Program-made: the position numbers and the translations under genes
Shown: positions 17,912 to 27,099 of the stretch, piece by piece
Layout of the letters: every line of letters starts with the position of its first letter
How positions within the stretch are numbered: position 1 is the first letter of the stretch
Origin: Sphingomonadaceae bacterium
Lineage (GTDB): Bacteria; Chloroflexota; UBA6077
Assembly (NCBI GenBank): GCA_050261575.1
Contig: JBLNDL010000025.1
Span: 15,115-79,114, forward strand
DNA: 64,000 nt
Direction of reading: 5' to 3'
The notes under the pieces: model-generated
What the model was told of the DNA's origin: nothing
Databases searched by the model: none
The model's input: only the letters and a program-made list of their open reading frames with translations

Positions 17912-18514
17912 TCATCCCATCGGCCTTCGACCTTCCAGCGCCCGCGCCAAGGTGAGTTCGTCCGCGTACTCGAGGTCTCCACCGGCCGGCAATCCTCTCG
18001 CCAGCCGAGTGACCTTGACCCCCGCGGACGCCAGCACTCGAGACAGATACGCCGCGGTGACGTCGCCCTCGGTGTTGGGGTTCGTGGCGATGATCACCTC
18101 GGCCACCGACCCTTCCCTCACCCTTGCCGCCAGCTCGGCTATCTTCAGCTTCTCCGGACCGATACCATCTATGGGAGAGATGGCTCCGTGGAGTACGTGG
18201 TAGCGTCCCTTGTACTCGCGCGTACGCTCCAGCGCCAGAACGTCCAGCGGCTCCTCGACCACGCAGATCACGCTCGGATCTCGGGTTTCATCGGCGCATA
18301 TGGCACACAGCGGTTCCTCCGAGATGTTGAAGCAGGTGCTGCAGAATCCAACCTTCTGCTTCATCCAGAGGATCGCCTCCGCCAGGCCGTTCGCTTCATC
18401 CTCCGTCGACCTCAGCAGGTGGTACGTCAGGCGCTGAGCCGTCTTAGGCCCGATGCCGGGCAGCTTGGCGAACTCCTCCATTAACCTGGCAACGGGCTCC
18501 GCAACAGGTAGCAT
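17912..18514 (-). CDS. recR: recombination protein RecR
   Basis: LPGIGPKTAQRL (HhH), C4 zinc finger CSTCFNISEEPLCAIC, Toprim VCVVEEPLDV. Confidence 0.92.
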   Translation of the reverse strand: MLPVAEPVARLMEEFAKLPGIGPKTAQRLTYHLLRSTEDEANGLAEAILWMKQKVGFCSTCFNISEEPLCAICADETRDPSVICVVEEPLDVLALERTREYKGRYHVLHGAISPIDGIGPEKLKIAELAARVREGSVAEVIIATNPNTEGDVTAAYLSRVLASAGVKVTRLARGLPAGGDLEYADELTLARALEGRRPMG

Positions 18515-18525
18515 TGAAATGACCC

Positions 18526-18825
18526 CTACATCAGACCAGGTATCTTTATCCCACCGGTAACCGATCCCAGCCGCTTCGACGCCAACTCGTGGGACTTGGC
18601 CACAGCCTCGTTCACCGCGGCCACCACGAGATCCTGCAACATCTCGACGTCCTCGGGATCGACGACCTCTGGATCGATGCTGACCGACTGCACCTTCTGG
18701 TGACCCGTCATCACGACCTTGACAGCACCGCCACCCGCGGTCCCCTCGACGGTCTCCTTCCCCAACTCCTCCTGAGCCTTCAGCAGCCGCTCCTGCATCT
18801 GCTGAAGAAGTCGCATGTTCTGCAT
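18526..18825 (-). CDS. ybaB: nucleoid-associated protein YbaB/EbfC
   Basis: MQNMRLLQQMQERLLKAQEEL...GGGAVKVVMTGHQKV. Start at ATG 18825 with GGAG 5 nt upstream. The longer ORF to 18915 overlaps dnaX. Confidence 0.85.
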   Translation of the reverse strand: MQNMRLLQQMQERLLKAQEELGKETVEGTAGGGAVKVVMTGHQKVQSVSIDPEVVDPEDVEMLQDLVVAAVNEAVAKSHELASKRLGSVTGGIKIPGLM

Positions 18826-18844
18826 GTTTCTCCGCCCTTCCATG

Positions 18845-20560
18845 CTAATCGTCGATCGGCTCGACCCGGGAGATCTCGAATCCCAGTTCCCGCACGGCCG
18901 CGTCGACCACGGCATCGCGCCCCGTACGGTTCGCCCCCCCTCCGTCCTTTACCCCGAACTTGAGCCGCACGGTGACCTTGGTCCCGAACACCCTCCCCAG
19001 GCCCTCCTCGACCATGTCGCGCACACCGGGCCGCTCCAGGGTCCGCCGCCAACCGTCTCCTTTGAACCCAAGCGTCAGGCTGTTGCCCGCCAACTCCATC
19101 GGGGTACACCCAGCGAGGGCCATGCCGATCACCTGACCGCCCGAGGCGGTCAACTCCTCGATGATCCGCGGCCACTCCCTTCGGATGCTGGCGAGTTCCA
19201 GCGCAGGGGCGGGCTTGGGCTCCGCCACCTTCGGCTCGCCCGCCTCCGGCCCACCCTGCTCGACGCCTCGCGCCGCCCCCTCGGCCAAGGTCCCCGCCAC
19301 CTGGACGGGACCGGCCCCCACGGTCGGATCCGCGGCACGGGGCTCCGATTGCGCCGTCTGCTGCCGGACCCCCTGGGGCTGATCGGGCACCGGCGCCGCC
19401 GGCGTCCCGGGGCTTTGCAGATTGGCATCCACCGCGGCCCCGGAGCCGGAGCCAGCGGCCCTCATGGCGGCCTCCATGAAGGCTATCTCCAACTGCAACT
19501 GGCTGAACGCCTCCTGCCGCATCCTGCCCTCAAGGTCGCTGAAGGCACGAAGCGCCGAGAGAAGCTGCCAATAAGCCCACTCTGCCGCAGTAGACCGCAG
19601 TCGCTCGAGCTCCTCGGCTCGGTACTCTCGCACCGCGCCGGTCTCGGCGCCACTCTTGGCGATGACGAGCGCCCTGAGATAGTCTATCAGCTCCCTCGAG
19701 AAATGCCGCAGATCCGCCCCTGTGTTGGCCGCCTGGTCTATCAGCCGCAACCCGCGCGCCAGGTCCGCGCAGCGCACCGCCTCTGCGAACTCAGGGACTG
19801 TCTCCTCACCGGTTAGCCCCAGCACCTCCCGCGCCGCCTCGAGCCCGATCTCGTCCCCGCAGTAGGCCACCAACTGATCGAGCAGGCTCTCGGCGTCCCG
19901 GAGGCTCCCCCTGGCCATCCGGGCCACACGGTCCAGCACCCCCCGCTCCACCTTTAGCCCCTCGCGCTCACAGATCATCCCGAGTTGCTGTGCGATGGCC
20001 TGCAGCGGGATCCGACGGAAGTCGAACCTCTGGCACCGAGAGGAGATGGTGGGGAGGATCTTGTGGGCCTCGGTGGTGGCAAGGATCAGGATCGCGTGCT
20101 CGGGAGGCTCCTCCAGCGTCTTCAGCAGAGCGTTGGAAGCCTCGGAGGTGAGCATGTGGGCTTCGTCGATTATGTAGACCTTGTAGCGCGCCTCCGCCGG
20201 AGAGTACTTGATCTTCTCCCTCAGATCGCGCGCGTCGTCGATACCACGGTTGGATGCGGCGTCGATCTCGATGAGGTCTATCGCCCGACCATCGTTGACG
20301 GCACGGCAGGAGGCGCAGCGGTTGCACGGCTCCCCCTGCTGGGGATCGAGGCAGTTGACGGCCTTGGCCAGGATGCGGGCTGTGCTGGTCTTGCCCGTGC
20401 CGCGTGGCCCACAGAAGAGGTAGGCATGAACGATCCGCCCACTCGCCACAGCGTTCTTCAGCGTGCGGGTCACGTGCTCCTGGGCAACGACCTCCGAGAA
20501 GCTGCGCGAACGCCACCGGTGGTAGAGGGACCGTCCATCGCTCTGTGATTGGTGCGGCAT
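18845..20560 (-). CDS. dnaX: DNA polymerase III subunit gamma/tau
   Basis: HAYLFCGPRGTGKTSTARILAK, zinc module CNRCASC, YIIDEAHMLT, SRCQRF. Confidence 0.9.
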   Translation of the reverse strand: MPHQSQSDGRSLYHRWRSRSFSEVVAQEHVTRTLKNAVASGRIVHAYLFCGPRGTGKTSTARILAKAVNCLDPQQGEPCNRCASCRAVNDGRAIDLIEIDAASNRGIDDARDLREKIKYSPAEARYKVYIIDEAHMLTSEASNALLKTLEEPPEHAILILATTEAHKILPTISSRCQRFDFRRIPLQAIAQQLGMICEREGLKVERGVLDRVARMARGSLRDAESLLDQLVAYCGDEIGLEAAREVLGLTGEETVPEFAEAVRCADLARGLRLIDQAANTGADLRHFSRELIDYLRALVIAKSGAETGAVREYRAEELERLRSTAAEWAYWQLLSALRAFSDLEGRMRQEAFSQLQLEIAFMEAAMRAAGSGSGAAVDANLQSPGTPAAPVPDQPQGVRQQTAQSEPRAADPTVGAGPVQVAGTLAEGAARGVEQGGPEAGEPKVAEPKPAPALELASIRREWPRIIEELTASGGQVIGMALAGCTPMELAGNSLTLGFKGDGWRRTLERPGVRDMVEEGLGRVFGTKVTVRLKFGVKDGGGANRTGRDAVVDAAVRELGFEISRVEPIDD

Positions 20561-20703
20561 GCTTACAGCCTTCAGCTATCAGTTGGCTGCCGAGCGGTCC
20601 TCGCCAGAAGTGCCTGCCAGCGGCAACCACCTCCGTCCGAAGACGGCCCTTTCAGCCGCCAGGAGCCTCTCCGCCTCGCCAGTCGTTCGGTCTGCTGGCT
20701 AGA

Positions 20704-20729
20704 GGGCGCGGACGGAACCGTCCGCGCCC
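20704..20729 (-). terminator. strong GC hairpin downstream of the Cys/His-motif gene (possible terminator, no U tract)
   Basis: GGGCGCGGAC-GGAACC-GTCCGCGCCC, a 10-bp perfect stem, 86 nt after the stop at 20815. Confidence 0.45.
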
Positions 20730-20814
20730 ACACTTCCACCCCAGATTCGGGGTGCGTCGTGCTGCAAATGCCTATCCGAGGCGGGCCATGGCGGCTGCAC
20801 CCTATTATAGCCGA

Positions 20815-21444
20815 TTACGGCTGGGCTTTCGCTTCCTCTTCCAGCAGCTTGGCAGCCCTCACCTGGTTGAAGATGCCGCAGGGACAGAAGAGAGCCAACT
20901 CCTTCGCCGCTTGCTCCGGGCTCTTGCGTCCCTTCCGGACCGCCTCCACCTGCTTACGCACGAACTGCGGCGAGATCTGGTGGTGGCCACACATCGTCGT
21001 CACCGCCAGAGTCTCCTCGCTCGGCAGCAACTCCTTCTTGCCCCACACGCCCAGCGAGTAGTTGATGGTGTGCGGCACCACCCCCGCCTCCTTGCAGGCC
21101 GGCAGCACCTCGTCCAGCAGGCCGCTGATCACGATGGAGAGTCCGGTGTCCTTCTGCTTCATGATCTTGAGAAAGTCCACCACCTGCTTGCGGGTCGTGA
21201 ACACGCCACGCAGCCTGGACTTGTCCGTGACCTTCGCCTTGATCTCATCCACCGGATACTCGAGGATCGATCCGGACTTCACGTCGCCCCAGTTCTCGGA
21301 TCCAACGGCCTCCGCCGCCGCAATGAACTCCATCGCCTTGGGAGCTATGTCCTTGTCGTTCACCCCCTTGGCCTGGTACATGAACCACACGTAATCCCCT
21401 CGCAGGGACTCGGGAGTCCCCGATCGATGCAATGAGTGCGTCAT
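20815..21444 (-). CDS. uncharacterised conserved protein, Cys/His motif family (paralog of 22340-22975)
   Basis: 209 aa. Shares MTHSLHR.GT.ESL, ISG..D.V, IN.SLGV.G, TTMCGH and C.CG.FN with the paralog. No family recognised. Confidence 0.7.
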   Translation of the reverse strand: MTHSLHRSGTPESLRGDYVWFMYQAKGVNDKDIAPKAMEFIAAAEAVGSENWGDVKSGSILEYPVDEIKAKVTDKSRLRGVFTTRKQVVDFLKIMKQKDTGLSIVISGLLDEVLPACKEAGVVPHTINYSLGVWGKKELLPSEETLAVTTMCGHHQISPQFVRKQVEAVRKGRKSPEQAAKELALFCPCGIFNQVRAAKLLEEEAKAQP

Positions 21445-21519
21445 CTCTATCCCCTTCCAAAGCTGGGTCCTGGGAAGATCATTACCCAGGACGCAGCACT
21501 CAGGACTCAGTCCTCCGGC

Positions 21520-22245
21520 TTAGTCCAGGCACAGCGGTCTGCCCAACCCCACGTTCACCTTCCCCCGAATCGGCCTGGGCAGCCCCAGCTTCTCGATTTC
21601 GGCCATCACCGGTGAGTTCCCATCGGCATCCACCCGACTGATGACGCCCAAGGAGAACACAGTGTCTATCTTCCCTTCCACATCCCTCAGGGCCTCTATG
21701 ATCCGTGGGAAACCCTCGACCGGACAGTTCCCCTCCACGATGATCGACAGCAGGTGTACGTCCAGATACTCCGGCTTCAGCTTGCCCGTCTTCTTGTCGA
21801 CCATGATCTCGGTAAGCGGGGAGGCGTCCTCGAACTCGAGTCCCGCTGCAGCCACGGCCATAGCCACCTTCTCGGCGTCCCTCAGCTTCAGCCCGACCCC
21901 GGGCCGCCCCATGTCGATGGCTATGCCCACCTGACCTATCTTCGTCCGGCCGGTCACGTCGTTGGTCTTAGACTCCTCTGTCCCCCGCCCGGGAACCCCA
22001 GTGGTCGCCTTCGTCTCCGTGGGATCGCTCAGGAAGTGGCTGAAGTTGCGCAGGCTCCCCTCCAGGTCCACCCTCTCGATGGCACCATGGGGACACACCT
22101 CCTTGCGGACGCACACGTAGCACTCCACGCACTTGTCCCGATCGATGGCCACCTTCTTTTTGCTTACGACCACGAAGGCGTCCACCGGACAGTAGGGCAC
22201 ACAGAGCCGGCACCCTTTGCACTTCTCCTCGTTGATGACTGGCAT
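21520..22245 (-). CDS. 2x[4Fe-4S] ferredoxin-domain protein with uncharacterised C-terminal domain (paralog of 23074-23808)
   Basis: CKGCRLCVPYCP and CVECYVCVRKEVCP cluster motifs. The conserved block GRGTEESKTNDVTGR...GRPGVG...VNVGLGRPL is shared with the paralog. Confidence 0.8.
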   Translation of the reverse strand: MPVINEEKCKGCRLCVPYCPVDAFVVVSKKKVAIDRDKCVECYVCVRKEVCPHGAIERVDLEGSLRNFSHFLSDPTETKATTGVPGRGTEESKTNDVTGRTKIGQVGIAIDMGRPGVGLKLRDAEKVAMAVAAAGLEFEDASPLTEIMVDKKTGKLKPEYLDVHLLSIIVEGNCPVEGFPRIIEALRDVEGKIDTVFSLGVISRVDADGNSPVMAEIEKLGLPRPIRGKVNVGLGRPLCLD

Positions 22246-22339
22246 CGCTCTCCTCTTTCCAGTGGAGTTATGAGGTGCGGGTAGGAGCGAGCTGCCCTAC
22301 CCCCACGACTGCGCGACTCCGGCGCACGGCCCCAGGCCG

Positions 22340-22975
22340 TCAGCCCTCCGTCGACAGTCGCGCAAGTATGGCCTCCGCCCTGTCAAGGTTGAAGAGGCCG
22401 CACGCGCAGGGCAATCCCACCATGACGGAGCCGTCGCGGGCGCTCATCCGGCCGCACCGTACGTCGTCGATGCCCTTCTGGGCCAGCGCCGACGCCACCA
22501 AGCCATGGCCACACATGGTGGTTAGCTCCCGAACCTGCTCGTCCGGCAAGACCGCCGTGTTCCCGTGAACCCCCAGAGACAGGTTGATCGAGTGGGGCTC
22601 CAGCCCCAGGTCATCGCACATCGCGAAGACGTCGTCTATGATCCCGCTGATGGTAACCGAGATGCCCAGGTCCTCTTCCTTGAACCGCCGCAGAACCTCC
22701 TTCAGCTTCTCGCCGCTGGAGAAGGAGCAGCGGATACCGGAGGTATCGTTCATCTGGGAGATCACCTTCTTCAGATCCATCCCCAGAGGCATGAGGTCAC
22801 CGGTCTCCAACACCCCCAGGTTGGCTGGCCCCACCTCGAAGATGATCTCCAGCATTCGGCCGATCTTTGCACCGGCCCCTTTCTCGTTGAAGCCGATGGC
22901 GGGCCTGGCGATCAGTACGAAGTCGTCCTTCAGGGATTCGGCGGTCCCGACGCGATGCAGAGAGTGAGTCATCAC
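22340..22975 (-). CDS. uncharacterised conserved protein, Cys/His motif family (paralog of 20815-21444)
   Basis: 211 aa. MMTHSLHRVGTAESL, TTMCGHG, CACGLFN. Confidence 0.7.
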   Translation of the reverse strand: MMTHSLHRVGTAESLKDDFVLIARPAIGFNEKGAGAKIGRMLEIIFEVGPANLGVLETGDLMPLGMDLKKVISQMNDTSGIRCSFSSGEKLKEVLRRFKEEDLGISVTISGIIDDVFAMCDDLGLEPHSINLSLGVHGNTAVLPDEQVRELTTMCGHGLVASALAQKGIDDVRCGRMSARDGSVMVGLPCACGLFNLDRAEAILARLSTEG

Positions 22976-23073
22976 AGTCTCCCATCTCAGTTCTGCGTTC
23001 TGAGGGCAAGGTTCTGTGTCCTGGGTCTGGTCGCTAGGAACCCGGAACCCAGAATCACTCGGTTGCTCGTCGT

Positions 23074-23808
23074 TCAGTCGGCGGCTAGGGGGCGCCCCAG
23101 TCCGACGTTGATCTTGGCATTGATGCGAGGCTCAAGACCCAACTCCCGCAGTTGGCCCATTATGGGGATGCTCTTGCCGGGGCCGAGCCTGGTGATCGCG
23201 CACCAGGAGAAGACCCCCTTGATCTCCTTCGAGACCCGGCGGACCACGGGCACGATCTCCGCCAGTTTGGCAGGCTCGGTCTCGAACTCAACGATCGCGG
23301 AGAGCACCCTCTCACCCTTCACGTCGTCTCGGATTCTCCCCGTGGCGGTGTCCACCATCAGGAAGGTGAGGGGGTTGTTCGGTTCGAAGTTGACCCCGAT
23401 CTTCGCCAGCGCCATCGTCATCTTCTCGACGTCGTCGAAATCGGTCCCGACGCCCGGCCGGCCGAACTCCATCGCCATGCCGATGCGTCCCCGCTTCACT
23501 CTACCGGTCACGTCGTTGGTCTTGACTTCCTCCGTGCCGCGGCCTCGAACACCGGTCTCCTTGTGGGGCACCAACGGGTCGCTGAATGCCGTCCGAACCG
23601 AACGAGGCCACTGGAAGGCCTCCGGCGGCCGGTAGATCGCCTGCGCGGGGCAAGGGGCGACCCGCATGCAGGTTCCACACTCCACGCACCCGTCCTGATC
23701 GATGGCCACGATGCCGTCCAGGGGAACGATGGCACCGACGGGGCAATAGGGCACACACTGCTCGCAGCCGGTGCACGATACCTCGTCTATCCGCATACCT
23801 TCCTCCAC
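23074..23808 (-). CDS. 2x[4Fe-4S] ferredoxin-domain protein with uncharacterised C-terminal domain (paralog of 21520-22245)
   Basis: CTGCEQCVPYCP and CVECGTCMRVAPCP; GRGTEEVKTNDVTGR; INVGLGRPL. The start could be ATG 23796. Confidence 0.8.
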   Translation of the reverse strand: MEEGMRIDEVSCTGCEQCVPYCPVGAIVPLDGIVAIDQDGCVECGTCMRVAPCPAQAIYRPPEAFQWPRSVRTAFSDPLVPHKETGVRGRGTEEVKTNDVTGRVKRGRIGMAMEFGRPGVGTDFDDVEKMTMALAKIGVNFEPNNPLTFLMVDTATGRIRDDVKGERVLSAIVEFETEPAKLAEIVPVVRRVSKEIKGVFSWCAITRLGPGKSIPIMGQLRELGLEPRINAKINVGLGRPLAAD

Positions 23809-23885
23809 TGCCGGCCCTGCCGGGCGGCCTCTCGCTAGGGGTGACTGACTCGGGGAGGCTCGACGGGAAGCACCTCAAAAGCCGA

Positions 23886-24674
23886 TCATGCACTCGCGCC
23901 ACGGTAGCCCAGTTGGCGCGAGACGGTGAGGGTGGTCTCACGGAGATACGGCAGCAGCTCCAGCAACTTGGCCTCGGTGAGCCGCACCGTCGGTCCGGAG
24001 ATGTTGATGGCCGCGACGACCTGCCCCTCCTGATCCCTGACCGGACAGGAGACCGAGGCGATGCCGGGCGAGTGCTCCCCCACAGAGATGGCGTAGCCCT
24101 GCCTTCGGATCTCCTCCAACTCCTGCCGAAGCCGTTTGGGATCAGTAATGGTGATGGGGGTGAAAGGCTGCAGCCCTGTCTCACCGATGACCTTCTCGAT
24201 CTCTTCCGAAGGCAGGTAGGACAGCAGAAGCTTGCCCGGGGAGCCGGCGTACAGCGGCAAAGCCTTGCCGATGTCTCGATAGGTTCGGCGCAGATCGTGG
24301 GTGCTCTCAACCTGCTGGACAACCACTCGCTGGTTGCCGTTCATCAGCAGGTGTAGCGCGACGGTCTCGTTGACACGATCCCGCAACAACCTCATCGGCA
24401 CTTGCGCGATGGAGCCGATGGAAAGCTGCGACTGGAGAATGTAGGCGAGATGAAGGACCTTGGGGCCAAGCGTGTACTTCTGTGTGGTGGAGACCTGCCT
24501 GAGGATCCCGCCCGCCTCCAGCGTCACCAACGCGCGGTGCACCGTGCTGCGCTTCAGACCGAGGATTCTCGCAACTTCGGCGACGCCCAACTCAGGACGA
24601 TCGACGCTGAAAGCATCGAGTATCCTGATGGCCCTCTCGATAGCCTCGACCGAGGCTGTGGACTTGTCCCTCAC
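23886..24674 (-). CDS. IclR-family transcriptional regulator
   Basis: N-terminal wHTH SVEAIERAIRILDAF..LGVAEVARILGLKRSTVHRALVTL, followed by an IclR effector domain. Confidence 0.88.
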   Translation of the reverse strand: MRDKSTASVEAIERAIRILDAFSVDRPELGVAEVARILGLKRSTVHRALVTLEAGGILRQVSTTQKYTLGPKVLHLAYILQSQLSIGSIAQVPMRLLRDRVNETVALHLLMNGNQRVVVQQVESTHDLRRTYRDIGKALPLYAGSPGKLLLSYLPSEEIEKVIGETGLQPFTPITITDPKRLRQELEEIRRQGYAISVGEHSPGIASVSCPVRDQEGQVVAAINISGPTVRLTEAKLLELLPYLRETTLTVSRQLGYRGASA

Positions 24675-24738
24675 TGCGGGATACCATCCCTCATTGGATG
24701 AACGTCAGTATAGCCCCACCTACTAGGATGGTCAAGAC

Positions 24739-26034
24739 CTATCCCACCTGCCGAGACTCCTTCGAGATCGACACCAGTGCAGTGGAGAGCGCCGCGCTGA
24801 CGAGGCAGAACAGAAACGCCGCGGAGTAGGCGGAGACGGGGTAGCCCCCTCCGGTCTTCTCGAACAGCCCGATCACAACCCCCATGGCCTGCTGGTAGAC
24901 CGCACCACCGAGTGTGGATGAGAAGTTCACCACGGCCAATGCCGTTCCAGCCAGCGCGACGGGGTACATCTCCTTCGTCTGAGCGAAGACGGTCAGCCAG
25001 AAGGAACTGCCACAGCCCATTCCAATCACCAGCAGGTACAGCACAGGCACGGGCACGCTGTCGGTCGCGAACGCCAAAGGAACCCAGACAACGGTATAGA
25101 GGGAGAATCCAAGTACCGAGAAGCGCTTGCGGGATGTGAACACCTTGTCCGAAAGATACCCGACGATGGGACCCGAGAGGGCTACCGCGAGGGACATGAC
25201 CATCAGCAGGAGGCCGACCTCCGCGCTGTCGAGCCCGTGCACGTCGGTCATGTAGGGTCCTCCCCACAGGCTCTGGAACCCAAAGCGAGTCCCGACGAAG
25301 GGTAGCATGGCGGCGGACAGCAGCCAGATCTCCCTGTTGCATAGCACCAAACGGAGGTTTCCAGTGATGGAGGGCAACGCCCTCCCCACAGCCGATCCCG
25401 CCTTCTGCGGTGGCCGAGGAGCTCCACCATGGGGTTGGTCCCTGACAACCACCACGCAGAGAGCCGCCATGGACAGGAGTATCCCCCCGACGAGCGCGAA
25501 CGCGGGCCGCCAGCCCAAGGCCGCAGCGACGACCGCCAGAGGCATCGACGCGGTCAACCCACCCAGGTTCCCGACGGCGTTCATCAGTCCGTTGATCGTG
25601 GCGAACTGGCGCGGGTGATACCAGCAAACGAACAGTCGCTGTGCGGCGAGCCAGACCGCTGAAGCACCTATGCCCACCAGCAGTCTGCCCGCCAGCGCCT
25701 CCTCGAAGCTGCCGGCCCAGGCGAAGAGCAGGGAACCGACCCCTGCGGCCCCCACGAAGAGGGTCAGTATCCAGCGTGCCCCTAGCGCATCCACCAGGAC
25801 ACCCACGGGGATCTGCATGAGGGCGTAAGGATAGAAGTAGGCGGCGCCAAGCAGCCCGAGCGCCACGGCCGACAGGCCGAAGGTCGCCTCCAGTTGGGGA
25901 ATGACCACCGGAAGCCCCATCCGCTGGAAGTAGACCCAGAAGAAGGACACGAACAGCACGGCGGTGAGGACGAGGCGATGAAGGGTGAACCAGTGGGATC
26001 GGACCGAAGGGAGGATCGGAAGGCCGGCTCTCAA
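24739..26034 (-). CDS. MFS transporter
   Basis: 431 aa, about 12 TM segments, MFS-like loop motifs. Apparent TTG start overlapping the upstream stop (TTGA); the start is uncertain. Confidence 0.85.
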   Translation of the reverse strand: MRAGLPILPSVRSHWFTLHRLVLTAVLFVSFFWVYFQRMGLPVVIPQLEATFGLSAVALGLLGAAYFYPYALMQIPVGVLVDALGARWILTLFVGAAGVGSLLFAWAGSFEEALAGRLLVGIGASAVWLAAQRLFVCWYHPRQFATINGLMNAVGNLGGLTASMPLAVVAAALGWRPAFALVGGILLSMAALCVVVVRDQPHGGAPRPPQKAGSAVGRALPSITGNLRLVLCNREIWLLSAAMLPFVGTRFGFQSLWGGPYMTDVHGLDSAEVGLLLMVMSLAVALSGPIVGYLSDKVFTSRKRFSVLGFSLYTVVWVPLAFATDSVPVPVLYLLVIGMGCGSSFWLTVFAQTKEMYPVALAGTALAVVNFSSTLGGAVYQQAMGVVIGLFEKTGGGYPVSAYSAAFLFCLVSAALSTALVSISKESRQVG

Positions 26035-26912
26035 CGCCCCTTCTCCAGAGCTTCTCTCAGATCCGGATACCGCTCCAGCAAGGATCTCGGGATCTCCTTC
26101 TCGACCGGCTGCCCCAGCTCCAGCCGCATCTGCAGTGCGTTCACCACCGCCTTGCCGCCGAAGTGGTTGTTGTAGAAGACGTAGGTCTCTTCTGCGCGCT
26201 CTCCCACCTCTCTCACCTCGCTAGTGAGGGAAGCAAGCTCCTGCGGGGAGTACAGGTAGTCGTAGCGGGTCTCGCGGTCCCCAGTCCACCACTCCCTGGC
26301 GTTGCGCCCATGGAATCGAAAGTAGGCGAGCCGGCTCGTGAGGGGGCCCTCACCCACCGAGGTCTGGAACTTGGGCTCGTCGATCATGCACCATGCCACC
26401 CCGTGCGACTCGAGCAGGCGGAACGCCTCCCGCCCCTCTGTCCAACTGCGGTGCCGGAGTTCGACGGCGAGCGGATAGTCCTGGAAGCGCCGGAGCAGGT
26501 CCTCCAGGTACGTTAGCGTTTCGTCGTCCCGCTTGAAGCTGGGTGGGAACTGAGCGAGCAGCGCTCCCAGCTTCCCCTCCTCCACCAGGGGATCCACCCC
26601 TGCCCGGAAGCGATCGAAGTCCTCCGGTCCGATCTCCGCCTCCTGGCCGGTGGCCTCCTTGAACATCTTGGGGTGAGTGAACTTCTGGTACAGCTTCGCG
26701 GTGAAACGGAAGGTGGGGGAGGTCTTCTTCGCCCAACTTCTGGCCACGTTGGGTTGGATGGGACGATAGAAAGAGCTGTTGATCTCCACCGCCTCGAAGT
26801 ACTCGTCGTAGAACCGGAGATGATCGACGCTCTTACCTTTGGGATAGAAGACGCCATCCCAGCGCCCTTCGCCGGTAGGGTAGGACCAGCCACTGGTACC
26901 GACGCGGATCAT
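26031..26912 (-). CDS. DUF72 (UPF0759) family protein
   Basis: MIRVGTSGWSY..FYP...L.FY...F.AVEINSSFYR is typical of DUF72. Start at ATG 26912; the longer ORF to 27212 is Arg-rich and implausible. Confidence 0.85.
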   Translation of the reverse strand: MIRVGTSGWSYPTGEGRWDGVFYPKGKSVDHLRFYDEYFEAVEINSSFYRPIQPNVARSWAKKTSPTFRFTAKLYQKFTHPKMFKEATGQEAEIGPEDFDRFRAGVDPLVEEGKLGALLAQFPPSFKRDDETLTYLEDLLRRFQDYPLAVELRHRSWTEGREAFRLLESHGVAWCMIDEPKFQTSVGEGPLTSRLAYFRFHGRNAREWWTGDRETRYDYLYSPQELASLTSEVREVGERAEETYVFYNNHFGGKAVVNALQMRLELGQPVEKEIPRSLLERYPDLREALEKGR

Positions 26913-27022
26913 CCACCCATCCCCCTTTCCAGACACACGGAGACAGCGTGAGCGCAGATTAGCAGCCCCCGTCTCGGGGTGCAACAACATGCCTGCGGAT
27001 CGCCGTCTTCTGGTCTGAGCTG

Positions 27023-27074
27023 CCCGACACGACGAGGAAGGCCGCCTTGAGGCGGCCTCCTTCGTCGTGTCGGG
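27023..27074 (-). terminator. long imperfect hairpin after the zinc-ribbon gene
   Basis: CCCGACACGACGAGGAAGGCCGCC-TTGA-GGCGGCCTCCTTCGTCGTGTCGGG, about 24 bp with two mismatches. Confidence 0.5.
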
Positions 27075-27099
27075 GCTACTGTCGGGGCACTCGGGTCGA

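Noticed and set aside
18845-20560. Programmed -1 frameshift site in dnaX (A AAA AAG).
   Set aside because: I did not see the heptamer or any A-rich slippery run in the coding strand of this gene.
20590-20700. SRP (4.5S/scRNA) gene upstream of dnaX.
   Set aside because: The expected helix-8 consensus (GGUCCGGAAGGAAGCAGC-like, GNAR tetraloop) is absent on both strands. Only a generic UUCG hairpin is present.
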